DNA of 64,000 nucleotides from an uncultured Planctomycetota bacterium. GTDB lineage: Bacteria; Planctomycetota; Planctomycetia; Isosphaerales; Isosphaeraceae. Position 1 is the first letter of the stretch, and each line of letters starts with the position of its first letter. The translations under genes and the position numbers were made by a program. Of this stretch, positions 9,948 to 19,916 are shown piece by piece. The stretch covers positions 1,344,001 to 1,408,000 of the forward strand of contig CAWGMQ010000005.1 in NCBI GenBank assembly GCA_963823665.1, given 5' to 3'. The notes under the pieces were generated by a model. The model saw only the letters and a list, made by a program, of their open reading frames with translations. It ran no database searches and was not told the origin of the DNA.

Positions 9948-10067
9948 CTGCGTCGAATCGTGAATGCCTTGGGCGGAGAGTTGGAAGTCTCGGCAAGGTT
10001 CCCTGCCGGAACCGTGAAGATCGAGCAGTTCAACGAAGTGGGCGGCGGCAAAGCGGTCTCGCCGTAG
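9948..10067 (+). pseudogene. C-terminal remnant of an XRE/HigA-like antitoxin
   Basis: LRRIVNALGGELEVSARFPAGTVKIEQF..* with no HTH or start upstream. Confidence 0.6.
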
Positions 10068-10573
10068 ATTCCGGGTGGGTTCGCGAACCCCCCGGAACCC
10101 ACACAGCTTTGAGTTCGGGCTTCGCCTGGTCCGCGCTGGACACTATCTCCTCTCCTCCGCCTCGGCGTCCGCCTAACTTGCTGGGGCGCCTTGAAGGGGC
10201 GTGCTATCCTGAGTGGAAGGCGTCGGCCCAGGCGAGGATCTCATCCTCGTTCAGATCTGGCAACTCGCCACGAAGTTCCAAGTCGGCCGACACGGCGAGG
10301 CGGAGAATCGCGAACCATGCATTCGGCTTTTGCTCGTTCTGATGCTGGGTCGGCTCCTTCCGCGCGGGCTCGGGGGTCCGCGTTGGGGCTGAGGCACGCA
10401 GATCGAGCTCGCGGTGATGCCTTGCCATTGTCACTGGCGCCGAAGTTTGTGGTCGGAGGCAATCATCGAGGATGTAATCGCATTTCATCGCAAACGCTGC
10501 ATGGCTCAATTGCCTAGCGGCGGTCGGGCCGGCGGTCTGATTTCGGGGACTTCAAACTCCGGGGAGACTGAAT

Positions 10574-10684
10574 CCCTTCGCGTAGCGAAGGGCGAGATTG
10601 GGGTGTAGGCTGAATCCCTTCGCGGAGCGAAGGGCGACATTGGCGTGGGAGCGGGGACGCACTTTCGCGGAGCGAAAGGCGACA
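10574..10684. repeat. Three tandem palindromic repeats
   Basis: CYTTCGCG(G/T)AGCGAARGGCGA three times at ~43-46 bp spacing. Confidence 0.7.
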
Positions 10685-11213
10685 ATGGGGTGAGCGACGG
10701 CGCTCGGTTCGGGCGGCACTGAAGCTGGCCGCGCACAGGAGCTGGGTTCTGCCGTCTGCCCTGTGCGCGGCCCCCCGCTCCGCCGCCTGCGGTGGCACCT
10801 CCTCGACAAGGGGGTGGTATGCCTCTGCCACCAGCGGCTTGGGTGAATGGCGCCAAGGAGACAAGAGGCTCACGGACTGAACGGACGGCGTGGATGCGGG
10901 AATCGCGCCGGGTGTTTTTCGCCGTTTTCTGGCCGCGGTGCGCGCAAATTTGCGGTTTCGATCGAATTGGTCGTTGCATGCGTTGCGACGTGAAAAAAAT
11001 CCCAGGTCTTCTGGTCGGCGAAATGGCCAAATCCGGGAAACCCGTCGCATAATATCTGTAGCTCAAAGTCGATTGCCGACACTGGTGTCGGCGCGATGGG
11101 CACCCACGTCTCTGGATCCGATTAGTTGCGTTCACATCTACTTATGAAATTCTCGAGGTCGCGGGACTTCGGGCCAGGCTTCCAAGCTCATTTGAATAGG
11201 AATTTATACTGAT

Positions 11214-13507
11214 ATGGCCTCTGACGCACAAATCAATGCGAATCGGCGCAATGCGTTGCGCTCAACCGGGCCTAAAAGTCCGGAATCCCGGGCGAAGAGC
11301 GCTCGCAATAGTCGGAAGCACGGGATGCGATCGGAGCGGGAGAAGCTCGCGCGGGAGGAAAGCATTGCGTATGAAGCGCGATACTTTCGCTGGTCCGCGC
11401 ATTATGGGGTGGAGAGTGACCCCGAGGAGTTTCTATTGAATGCCAACCTGTTCCTGGCGTCGGACATGGATCGGGTGAGGGGCGCTTATCTGGAACTCAC
11501 TCAAAGCCAGATCGACAACGCCGAGGACGACGAGATCAAAGAGGTGCGCGAAACGGGCGACCTGCTGTTCACCGATTCGCGAGGCGTGCCGGTTGCGCTG
11601 TTCGGCACCCGTCGCTATAACAACAAGAAACCAGGGGGGCCGTCATGGGGTAGCGAAACTGCGCCGGCAATCAAGCCCGACGAACTCATGCGCAAACTGG
11701 AATCGAGCGCGATGGGGTGCTACTGGATCCTTGAGGTTCTTGAGGAACTGCTGGAACGGGCTCGCAAACGTTTTTGGTCCTCCGGCGATCGGCTGATGAT
11801 GCTACGGTTGCTGGGGCGGAATCCTGTGGACGGCCCCGCAGACCGGCGGGTCGCTGAGGTTTTCGCGGCGAGCCACGCGCTTCGGCCGATGGGCAAGCCG
11901 TTTGACGATCTGCTCAGCGATATGAACGAGCTGATGCTCGAGGCCCACGTGAAGGCGGTCGTGGCGTTGTGGCCTGACCTATCGCAGCGCGGTGAAAAGG
12001 AGAAGGCCAGGCAGAGCCTGATCGAGCTGGTGGAGGGCGAGATCGAGCGGGTGTGGGCCATTGCGGCGGAACATGACACCCATATCAAGGATGAACCTGC
12101 GCGGACGAGGCGACGCAAGGGATTTGTTTATACCAAGGAAGCTGAGGCGATGCGGCGATGGTTCGCGCGCGCCAAGGGGTCGGTGGAGCGAGGGGGCAAG
12201 GTCATTCGGCAGGAGGTACGGGCGCGGAAGGCGGATAGCGATGCGCAGGGATTGCCGCCGGTGCCTGGGAAAGATGTTATCAGCCCATATGATGGGCGGC
12301 CGGCGTCTTGGTGGAGGGAGGACGCGGGGGGTGGAAAGAGGGGAGAGGGGCGGAAGGGGGAAGGGCCCGGTCTGGAGACCGGCGCCCAACACGGCGGCTC
12401 GGGGTGGGGTCAGAGGGGTGGCGCCAAGATGGTTTTACCGGCGCCCAACCTGTGGGCGAGGGGCCGGGAGTGGAGAGTGGCGATCATCGCGCTGACCCCG
12501 GGGGGACGGGAGACCTACGGTCGGGCGGAGGGCGGGGTCTGGAGACCTGCGCCCAACAGGCTGGCGAGGGGCCGGGAGTGGAGAGTGGCGATCATCGCGC
12601 TGACCCCGGGGGGACGGAAGACCTACGGTCGGGCGGAGGGCGGGGTCTGGAGACCCGCGCCCAACATGTGAGTGAATTTGGGAGCGGCGGGCCAGTCGCG
12701 GATGGTGGTTCGGGCGCGGCCGTTGAAGTTGGCCGTGAGGCTCAGGTGGACGGCACACGGAGTGTGCCTGCTACACCGAATGGAAAGGGCCGAGGGTGGG
12801 ACTCGGTTGTGGTGGAGGAATCGGACATTCTGGCGTGTGGGGGGTTTCTTCCGGAGAAGTACGTGGGCGCTTCCGGCGACGGCGGCTGCGAGGACGAAGC
12901 TCCGGCTGCGCTCGAGGACGAAGCTCCGGCTGCGCTTGAGGACGAAGTGCCGAATCTTGAAACTGTGGGTTCCGAATCGGAGGAGGCCGGGCAGTGCGAT
13001 ATGGATCTGAGTACGGCAGGAGTGGGTGAAGTCACGCCGGGGGAACTGGCGGAAGCTGCTGATCGGGCGCGGGAGGATGGGGGTGCCGCGGGCGGCGGCG
13101 AGGGTCAAATTGGTGAAAAAGCGCCGAACGAAGCCAATTTTGGTGATGACGTGTGCATAGCACAACATCAAGATATTATTGGCGTTCCGACGAATTCTGG
13201 CGGTGTTTCGGGACTTGACGACTGTCAAACGAAGCCAATTTTGCAAACGAAGCCAATTCCGGCGGGCGGTGCGGCGGCGGGCGCATCTGGAGGTTCGACA
13301 CAGCCGGTTGGACGGGCATTGACGGATTACGAGAGACGGGACGCGTGGAAGGAAATCAGGCGGCGGGAGTGGATTCGTTATCGTGCGGAGAAGGAGGCGC
13401 GGGAGCGGGAGCGCCTCGAGCGGTTGAGAGCGGGCGAAGCGAATACTGGGACGACTTCGTCTACACCGGGGGAAGCCGTGCCGCCGCACGATGTGCGGGG
13501 GCCGTGA
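11214..13507 (+). CDS. Hypothetical protein of the 'ANRRNA..STGP..S.RN..KHG' family, probably one frameshifted gene
   Basis: Family motif at the start of ORF 11214-12671; acidic tail (EKAPNEANF, QTKPI x2) lies in overlapping ORF 12308-13507, across a G-rich repeat region. Confidence 0.6.
12441..12665 (+). repeat. 108-bp tandem duplication
   Basis: GCGCCCAAC recurs at 12441, 12549 and 12657 with near-identical intervening sequence. Confidence 0.85.
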
Positions 13508-13525
13508 GCGAATGTGGGGGGTCTG

Positions 13526-13885
13526 GTGCTTCGAGCGGATCACTGGCGGGTGACGCTCTTCACCCCCCCTGGCCCCCTTCTAGCGGAGGGCCGGACTAAG
13601 ACTACGAGTACGAGTACGAGCAGGAGTACGAGTACGAGCAGGAGTCGGAGTGGTGCGGTCGAGCGACTCTCAGTACGCGGCCGCCGGGACGGACCCCCCC
13701 TGGCCCCCCCTTCTAAAGGGGGGGAAGCTCCGCGCAACATTCGCGGTGGGAAATCTCCGCTCGTTATTCTGCAAGTTTTCAACAGGCCACCTTCACCCCC
13801 CCTGGCCCCCCTTTGCAAAAGCGGGGAACGGACGTGCGGCGCTTTCGCTGGAGCGCGGTGCTTCGAGCGGATCACTGGCGGGTGG
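13526..13885. repeat. Intergenic repeat patch
   Basis: GTGCTTCGAGCGGATCACTGGCGGGTG twice (~13526, ~13858); three CCCCCCTGGCCCCCCTT..GGGG elements; GAGTAC/GAGCAG hexamer run at ~13601-13645. Confidence 0.75.
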
Positions 13886-14864
13886 CGCCGTGAGCGGGGC
13901 TGTGAACGCCGCGCCCTTGGCGGGGTTGGCGGCTGATGATGAAGCCGAGGAGGGCGAGCGCGAGGCTGGCTCCGAGCAGGGCCTTGGCGGCGCCGGGGAG
14001 GTTGCTTGGAGAAACGAACGCTTCGATCACGGCAGCGACCAGGAGCATCGGCACGATACCCACCATGATCTGGACCGAGATTCGGCCTTTTTGGCGCAGC
14101 TCGACGCCCCGGCTAAAGCGGCCGGGGAAGACCATGGCCTCGGCCATGAGCAGCCCGGCGCCTGCGCTGATCCAGATCGCGGGAAGCTCGAGCGATCCGT
14201 GGGCGATGACGAATTCTGTGAGGGGCAAGAGCATACCGGCACGCATACAGGCGGCGGCGATCGCGCCCAGCATGATTCCATTCAAGACCACCAACCAGAT
14301 GGTGCCGATGCCGAAGGTGAGGCCCAAGCCCCACGTCGTGAGGGCGACACTGATGTTGTTGGCGGCGATCTGGCTGCCGGCCGTCGGTGCGACGCGCGTG
14401 AGCGAGTTGGTCCAGAGCTTCTTCGCCTGGATGGAGGCGCGCATCGGAGGGCTAACGAAGAAGCTCTCGAGCACGGGGTTCTGCGCGGTGAGGAAGAATC
14501 CCACGACGGCGCTGGCCCAGAAGATTCCGGTGGCCACGAGGATGGGGCGAACGGCCTCGCGCATGCGCAAGGGCCATGTCTTCAGCCAGAACTCGGTCCA
14601 ATTCCTTGACCTGCCTCGCTCGGCCTGATACAGGATGCTGTGTGCATTACCGACAAGCTGCTCGAGCTCTTTGACGACGGGGTGACCTGAATAGCGCATC
14701 CGGGCATAGGCCAAGTCGGAGACAGCTTGACGGTAGAGCACGCTGCCCTCGCGGAACACATTGAGTGGAACGCGGGCGAGCGAGAGCCGCCGGGCGGTTT
14801 CGAGGAAGACCTGGAGTTGGGCCCAAGCGGCTCGTCGCACGCGGACAAACTCATGCACGACCAT
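13872..14864 (-). CDS. Stage II sporulation protein M (SpoIIM/DUF95) family membrane protein
   Basis: IAANNISV, VLNGIMLG, HGSLELPAI, AVIEAFVSP. Confidence 0.9.
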   Translation of the reverse strand: MVVHEFVRVRRAAWAQLQVFLETARRLSLARVPLNVFREGSVLYRQAVSDLAYARMRYSGHPVVKELEQLVGNAHSILYQAERGRSRNWTEFWLKTWPLRMREAVRPILVATGIFWASAVVGFFLTAQNPVLESFFVSPPMRASIQAKKLWTNSLTRVAPTAGSQIAANNISVALTTWGLGLTFGIGTIWLVVLNGIMLGAIAAACMRAGMLLPLTEFVIAHGSLELPAIWISAGAGLLMAEAMVFPGRFSRGVELRQKGRISVQIMVGIVPMLLVAAVIEAFVSPSNLPGAAKALLGASLALALLGFIISRQPRQGRGVHSPAHGATRQ

Positions 14865-15683
14865 CGACTGCCTCTTTCCCAGCGAGTGATTTCGGTCCGG
14901 ACTCCGGAGAACATCGAGCTGTCGTACGCGCTGGCTGGACCCGGAAGCCGCGCTGTCGCCTATCTGATCGATGTCTCGCTCATGCTGTTCGTGGTGCAGA
15001 TGATGCTCAACTTGATTGTGTTCGCGGTTGCGGCGCTGGTCAATGCGCTCGGAATGCGCGGGGACATGTGGGTGGGCGCACTCGGGTTCCTGGTGTCATT
15101 CGGACTGTATAACGGTTATTTCATTTTCTTCGAATGGCTTTTGAACGGACAGACGCCCGGAAAGCGGATGCTGCACGTGCGCGTGATCAAACAAGGCGGA
15201 TACGCATTAAGATTCTTCGATACACTGTTGCGGAACCTGCTGCGGGTCGTCGATTTCTTACCGCTGTTTTACGGTGTGGGGCTCGTGAGCCTCTTGCTCT
15301 CGCGCGACAGCCAGCGGCTGGGTGACCTGGTCGCGGGGACGCTGGTGGTGTACCAGGACCCGGTGCAAACGGAGTCGATGGTATCAACCTTTGGCGAGAC
15401 CGACCTTCAACAGCCGCCGCTACCGGCGGACCAGGTTGCGGCGATTCCGAACGAGGTGATCTTGCTTGCGGACGAGTATCTGCGATCGAGAGGCGAACTG
15501 GCGCCGCGGCCGCGGCAGGAGATTGCGGCGGAACTGGTGGAACTGATTCGCGAAACGAGCGGGTTGAAGCCGCGGCCGGACCAAGGCGTCGAGAGCTTCC
15601 TGGCAACCGTGGTCAATCAAGTCGGGCAAAGCCCTCCATCGTCAGCGGAAGCTCCGCAGGAGGTTGAATACCCTTCTTCTTGA
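14853..15683 (+). CDS. RDD family protein
   Basis: TPENIELSYALAGPGSRAVAYLID, GQTPGKR, RNLLRVVD, QRLGDLVAGTLVV; exact start uncertain. Confidence 0.9.
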   Translation: MHDHRLPLSQRVISVRTPENIELSYALAGPGSRAVAYLIDVSLMLFVVQMMLNLIVFAVAALVNALGMRGDMWVGALGFLVSFGLYNGYFIFFEWLLNGQTPGKRMLHVRVIKQGGYALRFFDTLLRNLLRVVDFLPLFYGVGLVSLLLSRDSQRLGDLVAGTLVVYQDPVQTESMVSTFGETDLQQPPLPADQVAAIPNEVILLADEYLRSRGELAPRPRQEIAAELVELIRETSGLKPRPDQGVESFLATVVNQVGQSPPSSAEAPQEVEYPSS

Positions 15684-16650
15684 TGAGCCGGCGGGCGATC
15701 TTCAGTCGATCCTTGGCGAGCTTACGCGCGGAATCGACGACTCGCGTGCCGGCCCAGCGGTCGCCATAGCGGCGCTGCAAGGGATCGTGATAGGCGGCGG
15801 CGGCATCGACCAGATTAAAGATGGGTATGAGCTGGCTCAGCCAGCGGACAACCCCCTGCCCGTAGGTGAGCCGCGATTTCCCGTCCTTGGACTGGACGAC
15901 GCGCAAGCCGGCGGCGCGTTTGCCGGGACTGCCCCCGCCAAAGAGCGCGTCGCGAAAGAAGAGGAGGAGTATTCCGACGAATTGACCGGCGTAGATGATT
16001 GCAGTGAAAAGTGGGCTCTGCGGGCCGGCGAGAACGATCGCCAACGGCAAGGCCAGGATCACGGAACCGTAGATGAAGATGATGTTATCCAGAAACAGCG
16101 CACCGAACCGGCGGTTCCACATGCCCATCTGGCAACGGCGGCAGAGGAAGAACTGTTTCTTGAAGGGTTTGGCCCGGCACTTGTTGCAATAGGGGGCGTG
16201 ACAACGCACGCAGACGAGCACAGCGGGGCGTCTGTGTTTCCAGCAAGGGAGTGAATCTTCCGCGAGAGCCAGTTGATCGCGCTTCTTTGCCGGCCAGGCG
16301 TCGTCGAGTTTGTCACCGATTGCTAGTCCGGATGGCTTGTCAATAACGTCCGAGAGGGGATGGCTCCTGATTTCGTCGTCGCGCTTGTCACCGATTGATG
16401 GTCCGGATCTGACCGCCTGCATGATTGCGGTTTGCTCCACGACGGGCTTGGCTTCAGGCTGAGTGCAATGGCGGACCAGCGTATTCGGTGAGATTGTTTT
16501 TTCTTCGAGGAAACGCTGGAGCGACTTGCGCGAGACGGGGCCATAGATATCCTCGTCGGCCGACTCGATATACCAGCCGATTTCATAAGGATCCATGACA
16601 CGGGGACCAGCACCCACACCTTGCTGAGCAACCTGGCTCATCGTCGGCAC
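15613..16650 (-). CDS. RDD family protein with N-terminal GYF-like and B-box-like Zn domains
   Basis: WYI..YGPVS..L..TLV; CWKH..CVRC..YCNKC..CRRC; RRFGALFLD, SPGKR, RRYGDRWAGTRVV. Confidence 0.85.
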   Translation of the reverse strand: MPTMSQVAQQGVGAGPRVMDPYEIGWYIESADEDIYGPVSRKSLQRFLEEKTISPNTLVRHCTQPEAKPVVEQTAIMQAVRSGPSIGDKRDDEIRSHPLSDVIDKPSGLAIGDKLDDAWPAKKRDQLALAEDSLPCWKHRRPAVLVCVRCHAPYCNKCRAKPFKKQFFLCRRCQMGMWNRRFGALFLDNIIFIYGSVILALPLAIVLAGPQSPLFTAIIYAGQFVGILLLFFRDALFGGGSPGKRAAGLRVVQSKDGKSRLTYGQGVVRWLSQLIPIFNLVDAAAAYHDPLQRRYGDRWAGTRVVDSARKLAKDRLKIARRLIKKKGIQPPAELPLTMEGFARLD

Positions 16651-16775
16651 CCTCTTAAACGGAGAATTGAGCGATCAGGGTGCTTATTATTGGCGCAAGT
16701 TTTTGCGGATTCAAGTTCATGATCGAGGCAAGAACGGTTCGCGTGTGGCACTTCTAGCGGCGGCTTGCAGCTTCC

Positions 16776-17693
16776 ATGGCGACCACTACAATACAGTCAA
16801 CAACGCCAAGGACTTCCGGCGGTAGGCCGGCTCGGGGCAGAGGGAAGGCGGGATACTCGATGGCTCGTCCCAAAAAATCGTTGGTGCGACGGATCCTGGT
16901 GCAGACGGACTGCGCGTTCTGGTGCATTCACGACAATCTGGACGTACTCGCGTTTCTGGGATTGCCGACTCTCGGCGTTCTGGTTGCGGGCGCACTTGCG
17001 GTGGTGGGCGTGTGGCGGACGTGGGAATTCTCGGTGGGGATCAATGTTCTTGCCGCGGTATTCGTGCTGCCGTTCCTTGCGCTTTGGATCTTCACGGTGC
17101 TACCTCTGCCGTGTGCGGTTTTTGCCTGGAAGATCGCCGGTGGAGAGCGACCGACCGCCGGGGAATGCTTTGCGTTCTGCCGGCAGCGCATGGGGCGGCT
17201 GTCCTGGATTCTCTTCCGCATGGCATTGCTCTGGCTGGGGTCAATGCTGCTTCTGTGGGTGCCGCTGTTCTGGGCGTTGCCGAAGACGTGCCTGGCGCCC
17301 CTGGTCGCGCTCTTCGAAGACACGCCGAAGGTGTTTCGCCGGAGCGGGCGGCTGCTGCGCGAGGATTATGGCGTGTCGCTGATGGGCTTTCTGTACGTGG
17401 CGATGGGGGTAGTGCTGGGAGGGCTGGTGGTGCTGCCGCGCGTGCTTCTGGGCACGCCGATGCTGGGCGCGCACATCCTGGACGAACGCTGGCGGCCGGC
17501 GGTGGTGGACAAGCTCTGGATTTTCGAGACGATGTCAGTGGCGATGCTGTTGACCGCGATGGCGATGAGCTGGTGGGTCTCGGCGACGTTTCTTTACCAC
17601 GACATTCGATGGAACCGCGAGGGGGAGTATCTCAAGCGGCGAGTTGCCACGCTGCGCGGCAAGCTCGCGGCGGGATGGGGTGCACAAACATGA
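16776..17693 (+). CDS. Hypothetical multi-pass membrane protein
   Basis: Several hydrophobic segments, C-terminal LYHDIR..REG; ATGA coupling to the next gene; start may be ATG 16860. Confidence 0.75.
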   Translation: MATTTIQSTTPRTSGGRPARGRGKAGYSMARPKKSLVRRILVQTDCAFWCIHDNLDVLAFLGLPTLGVLVAGALAVVGVWRTWEFSVGINVLAAVFVLPFLALWIFTVLPLPCAVFAWKIAGGERPTAGECFAFCRQRMGRLSWILFRMALLWLGSMLLLWVPLFWALPKTCLAPLVALFEDTPKVFRRSGRLLREDYGVSLMGFLYVAMGVVLGGLVVLPRVLLGTPMLGAHILDERWRPAVVDKLWIFETMSVAMLLTAMAMSWWVSATFLYHDIRWNREGEYLKRRVATLRGKLAAGWGAQT

Positions 17694-18670
17694 CGGGCGG
17701 TTCCGGAGCGGGGGGGGAGTGGTTGGTCAGAATGGGGGTCGCGTTGCTTGTGGCGGCGTGCGCGATGGGGACGGTGCGCGTGGTTGGGGCAGAACCCCCC
17801 CTGGCGCCCCCTTCTCAAGGGGGGGAAAGGGAGACAAGTCGAGAGACCACGACGCTGTACCGGGAGGCGGGGGCGGACGGGGTTGGCTCACCCCCCCTGG
17901 CCCCCCCTTCTCAAGAGGGAGGAAGGGAGGGAGGGGCTCAAAAGAGGGCAGCGACCGGGGTTGACCCTGGGGTTGCTGCCAGAGAGGTGCTCGGGGGTGA
18001 GGATTACTGGTGGAAACATATTGAATCGAGGACGGTTCAGCTCACTGGACCGCTGGCGTTCTTGCAGCGAGTTCTGGAATGGATCGGCCGGGTGCTCAAG
18101 CCGGTTTGGGATTTCATCGTCGAGGTCGCGCGCTACATCTTCCGCGTGTTCCGCGGACTTTACGCGGTGCTGAGAGGCGACTGGTCGGAGGGGATGAATT
18201 TGATCTGGCTGGTCGCGGTGGTGGTTTTGGGCTGGGCGATGTGGAAGCTGTCTCCGCTGCTGAAGTATCTGCCCGTGATCGCGCGGTGGTTTGGGAGCGG
18301 CGGGGCGCCGGGCGCGAACGACGCGACCACGGCAGGCTGGCAGACTCTGCCGGAGCCATCTGACTTATTCATGCAAGCCAGTGACGCGTTTGCCGCCCGC
18401 GCATTTGCCGATGCGATCCGGCTGGCGCTTCTGGCGCTGATCGCGCGGCTGGAAAAGCAAGGGCTGTTGCGGTACGACAATACGCGAACGAATCGCGAGT
18501 ATCAGAGGGAGCTTCGTCCCCACCAGGACCTGGCCGCGAGGTTTGCGCACCTGGCGCGGATTTATGAGCGCGTCTGGTACGGGCGGGAGAAAGCGGGGCC
18601 CGCCGAGGCTCAGGAAGCGATCGGCCTTTGCAAGCTTTTGATCAACGGGGAGGAGCTCGTCGCTGAGTAA
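17690..18670 (+). CDS. DUF4129 domain membrane protein
   Basis: TRTNREY..YERVWYG signature; cluster context. Confidence 0.8.
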   Translation: MTGGSGAGGEWLVRMGVALLVAACAMGTVRVVGAEPPLAPPSQGGERETSRETTTLYREAGADGVGSPPLAPPSQEGGREGGAQKRAATGVDPGVAAREVLGGEDYWWKHIESRTVQLTGPLAFLQRVLEWIGRVLKPVWDFIVEVARYIFRVFRGLYAVLRGDWSEGMNLIWLVAVVVLGWAMWKLSPLLKYLPVIARWFGSGGAPGANDATTAGWQTLPEPSDLFMQASDAFAARAFADAIRLALLALIARLEKQGLLRYDNTRTNREYQRELRPHQDLAARFAHLARIYERVWYGREKAGPAEAQEAIGLCKLLINGEELVAE

Positions 18671-18692
18671 ACCGACGCGGGCCCGGTGGGTT

Positions 18693-19916
18693 TTGCTGGG
18701 GATCGTGGCACTGGGCGTCATCAGCTTGATCTTGCTCGAGAGCCGGCTGCGGGTGAATTACCGGACGGCGCTCTCCGGCTGCGCGCAGGAAAACGGCACA
18801 GGAGGGGCGTCGGGGGTGTATCGCTGGGCCGAACGGATCGGCGTTCCAGTCAAGGTTCTGGGGGATCCGATCTGGGAGGCTTCGCGGTCGCTGCGGTCGG
18901 TCGAGGGAAACTGCATCGTGACGATGGGGGATGGGTCGTGGTCGCCGACTGGGGAGAGCCTGGACACGGCGAACTGGGTGACGACGCGGGAGTGGGTGGC
19001 GCGGGGCAATACCCTGATCGTCGTGACGGGCGAGCCCGGAACGTTGCCGTCGGAAATGCGCAAGGAGCTGATTCCGCCGACGTTTCAGGAAAGCGGATCG
19101 GTCTACAAGGCATTCGAGAAGGTCTTCGTTAACCGCGAGCTCGAGACAGCCCGGGCTCCCGACATTTTCGGAGGAGCGCTCGAGGTCGATGCGAACGGAC
19201 CGCGGTGGACAGTGCCTTCTCAGCCGGCGGCCGGAGCCGCGCCGGGCGGTACAGGAAAGGCCTCGTCGAACGCGGCGAGCGCTCCGAAAGATGTGGATTG
19301 GCAGCTTGCCGCGGACGCACGCGGAGGGGTTTTGTTTCGGATCCCGGTTCGGCGCGGGGCGGTCTATGTGCTGCTCGATGAATTTGCGTGGACGAACAGC
19401 GGGCTGGACCATGCGGACAACGCGCGCGTGCTGGCGGCGGTGCTCAACCGCGAACTTCGTGGCGGCGTGCTGGCATTCGATGAATACCGGCATGGGCACG
19501 GGCGTGCCGAGTCGTTTCTGGTCTATTTCTTGAACTTGCCGGGATCGACGGCGTTTTTGTGGCTGGGCGTGGTCTGGGGGGGCTTTTACTGGTTTGGCCG
19601 GAACGTCCGGCTCAAGCCGGTTGAGCCGTATGTCGAGCAGGAGCGGAGGACGGCGCAGGAGTACATCGACGCCGTCGCTGCGCTTTACGAGCGGGCGCGG
19701 GCGGCACCGCTCGTGGTTGAAGCGGTGGCGCGGCGGCTTCGCCAGTTTTCACGCTCGTCGCCGGACTGCCCGCCCTCGGTCGAGTCGATCCTGGAAACGG
19801 CCGAGCAGTACGTGAAGAAAGCGGAGCGGCCTGCTTTTCCAACGACAGCCATCGATCTTGTAAACCAACTCATTCAGCTTCGGAAGAAAGTCTATGGAAC
19901 TCGCGCAGCTTCATGA
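18693..19916 (+). CDS. DUF4350 domain protein
   Basis: WVARGNTL, NSGLDHADNA, FDEYRHG, EYIDAVAALY; upstream of MoxR; start may be ~30 nt earlier. Confidence 0.8.
   Translation: MLGIVALGVISLILLESRLRVNYRTALSGCAQENGTGGASGVYRWAERIGVPVKVLGDPIWEASRSLRSVEGNCIVTMGDGSWSPTGESLDTANWVTTREWVARGNTLIVVTGEPGTLPSEMRKELIPPTFQESGSVYKAFEKVFVNRELETARAPDIFGGALEVDANGPRWTVPSQPAAGAAPGGTGKASSNAASAPKDVDWQLAADARGGVLFRIPVRRGAVYVLLDEFAWTNSGLDHADNARVLAAVLNRELRGGVLAFDEYRHGHGRAESFLVYFLNLPGSTAFLWLGVVWGGFYWFGRNVRLKPVEPYVEQERRTAQEYIDAVAALYERARAAPLVVEAVARRLRQFSRSSPDCPPSVESILETAEQYVKKAERPAFPTTAIDLVNQLIQLRKKVYGTRAAS

Noticed and set aside
5932..10067. Integron cassette array explaining the TA cluster
   Set aside because: No attC-like RYYYAAC..GTTRRRY sites or intI recognised, and gene orientations are mixed.
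10204..10509. 101-aa ORF ending EDEILAWADAFH
   Set aside because: Only a short stretch resembles a repeat-protein motif; too little to call a gene.
16922..17689. N-terminal extension of the DUF4129 ORF
   Set aside because: Overlaps the upstream membrane gene out of frame; ATGA coupling at 17690 is a better start.
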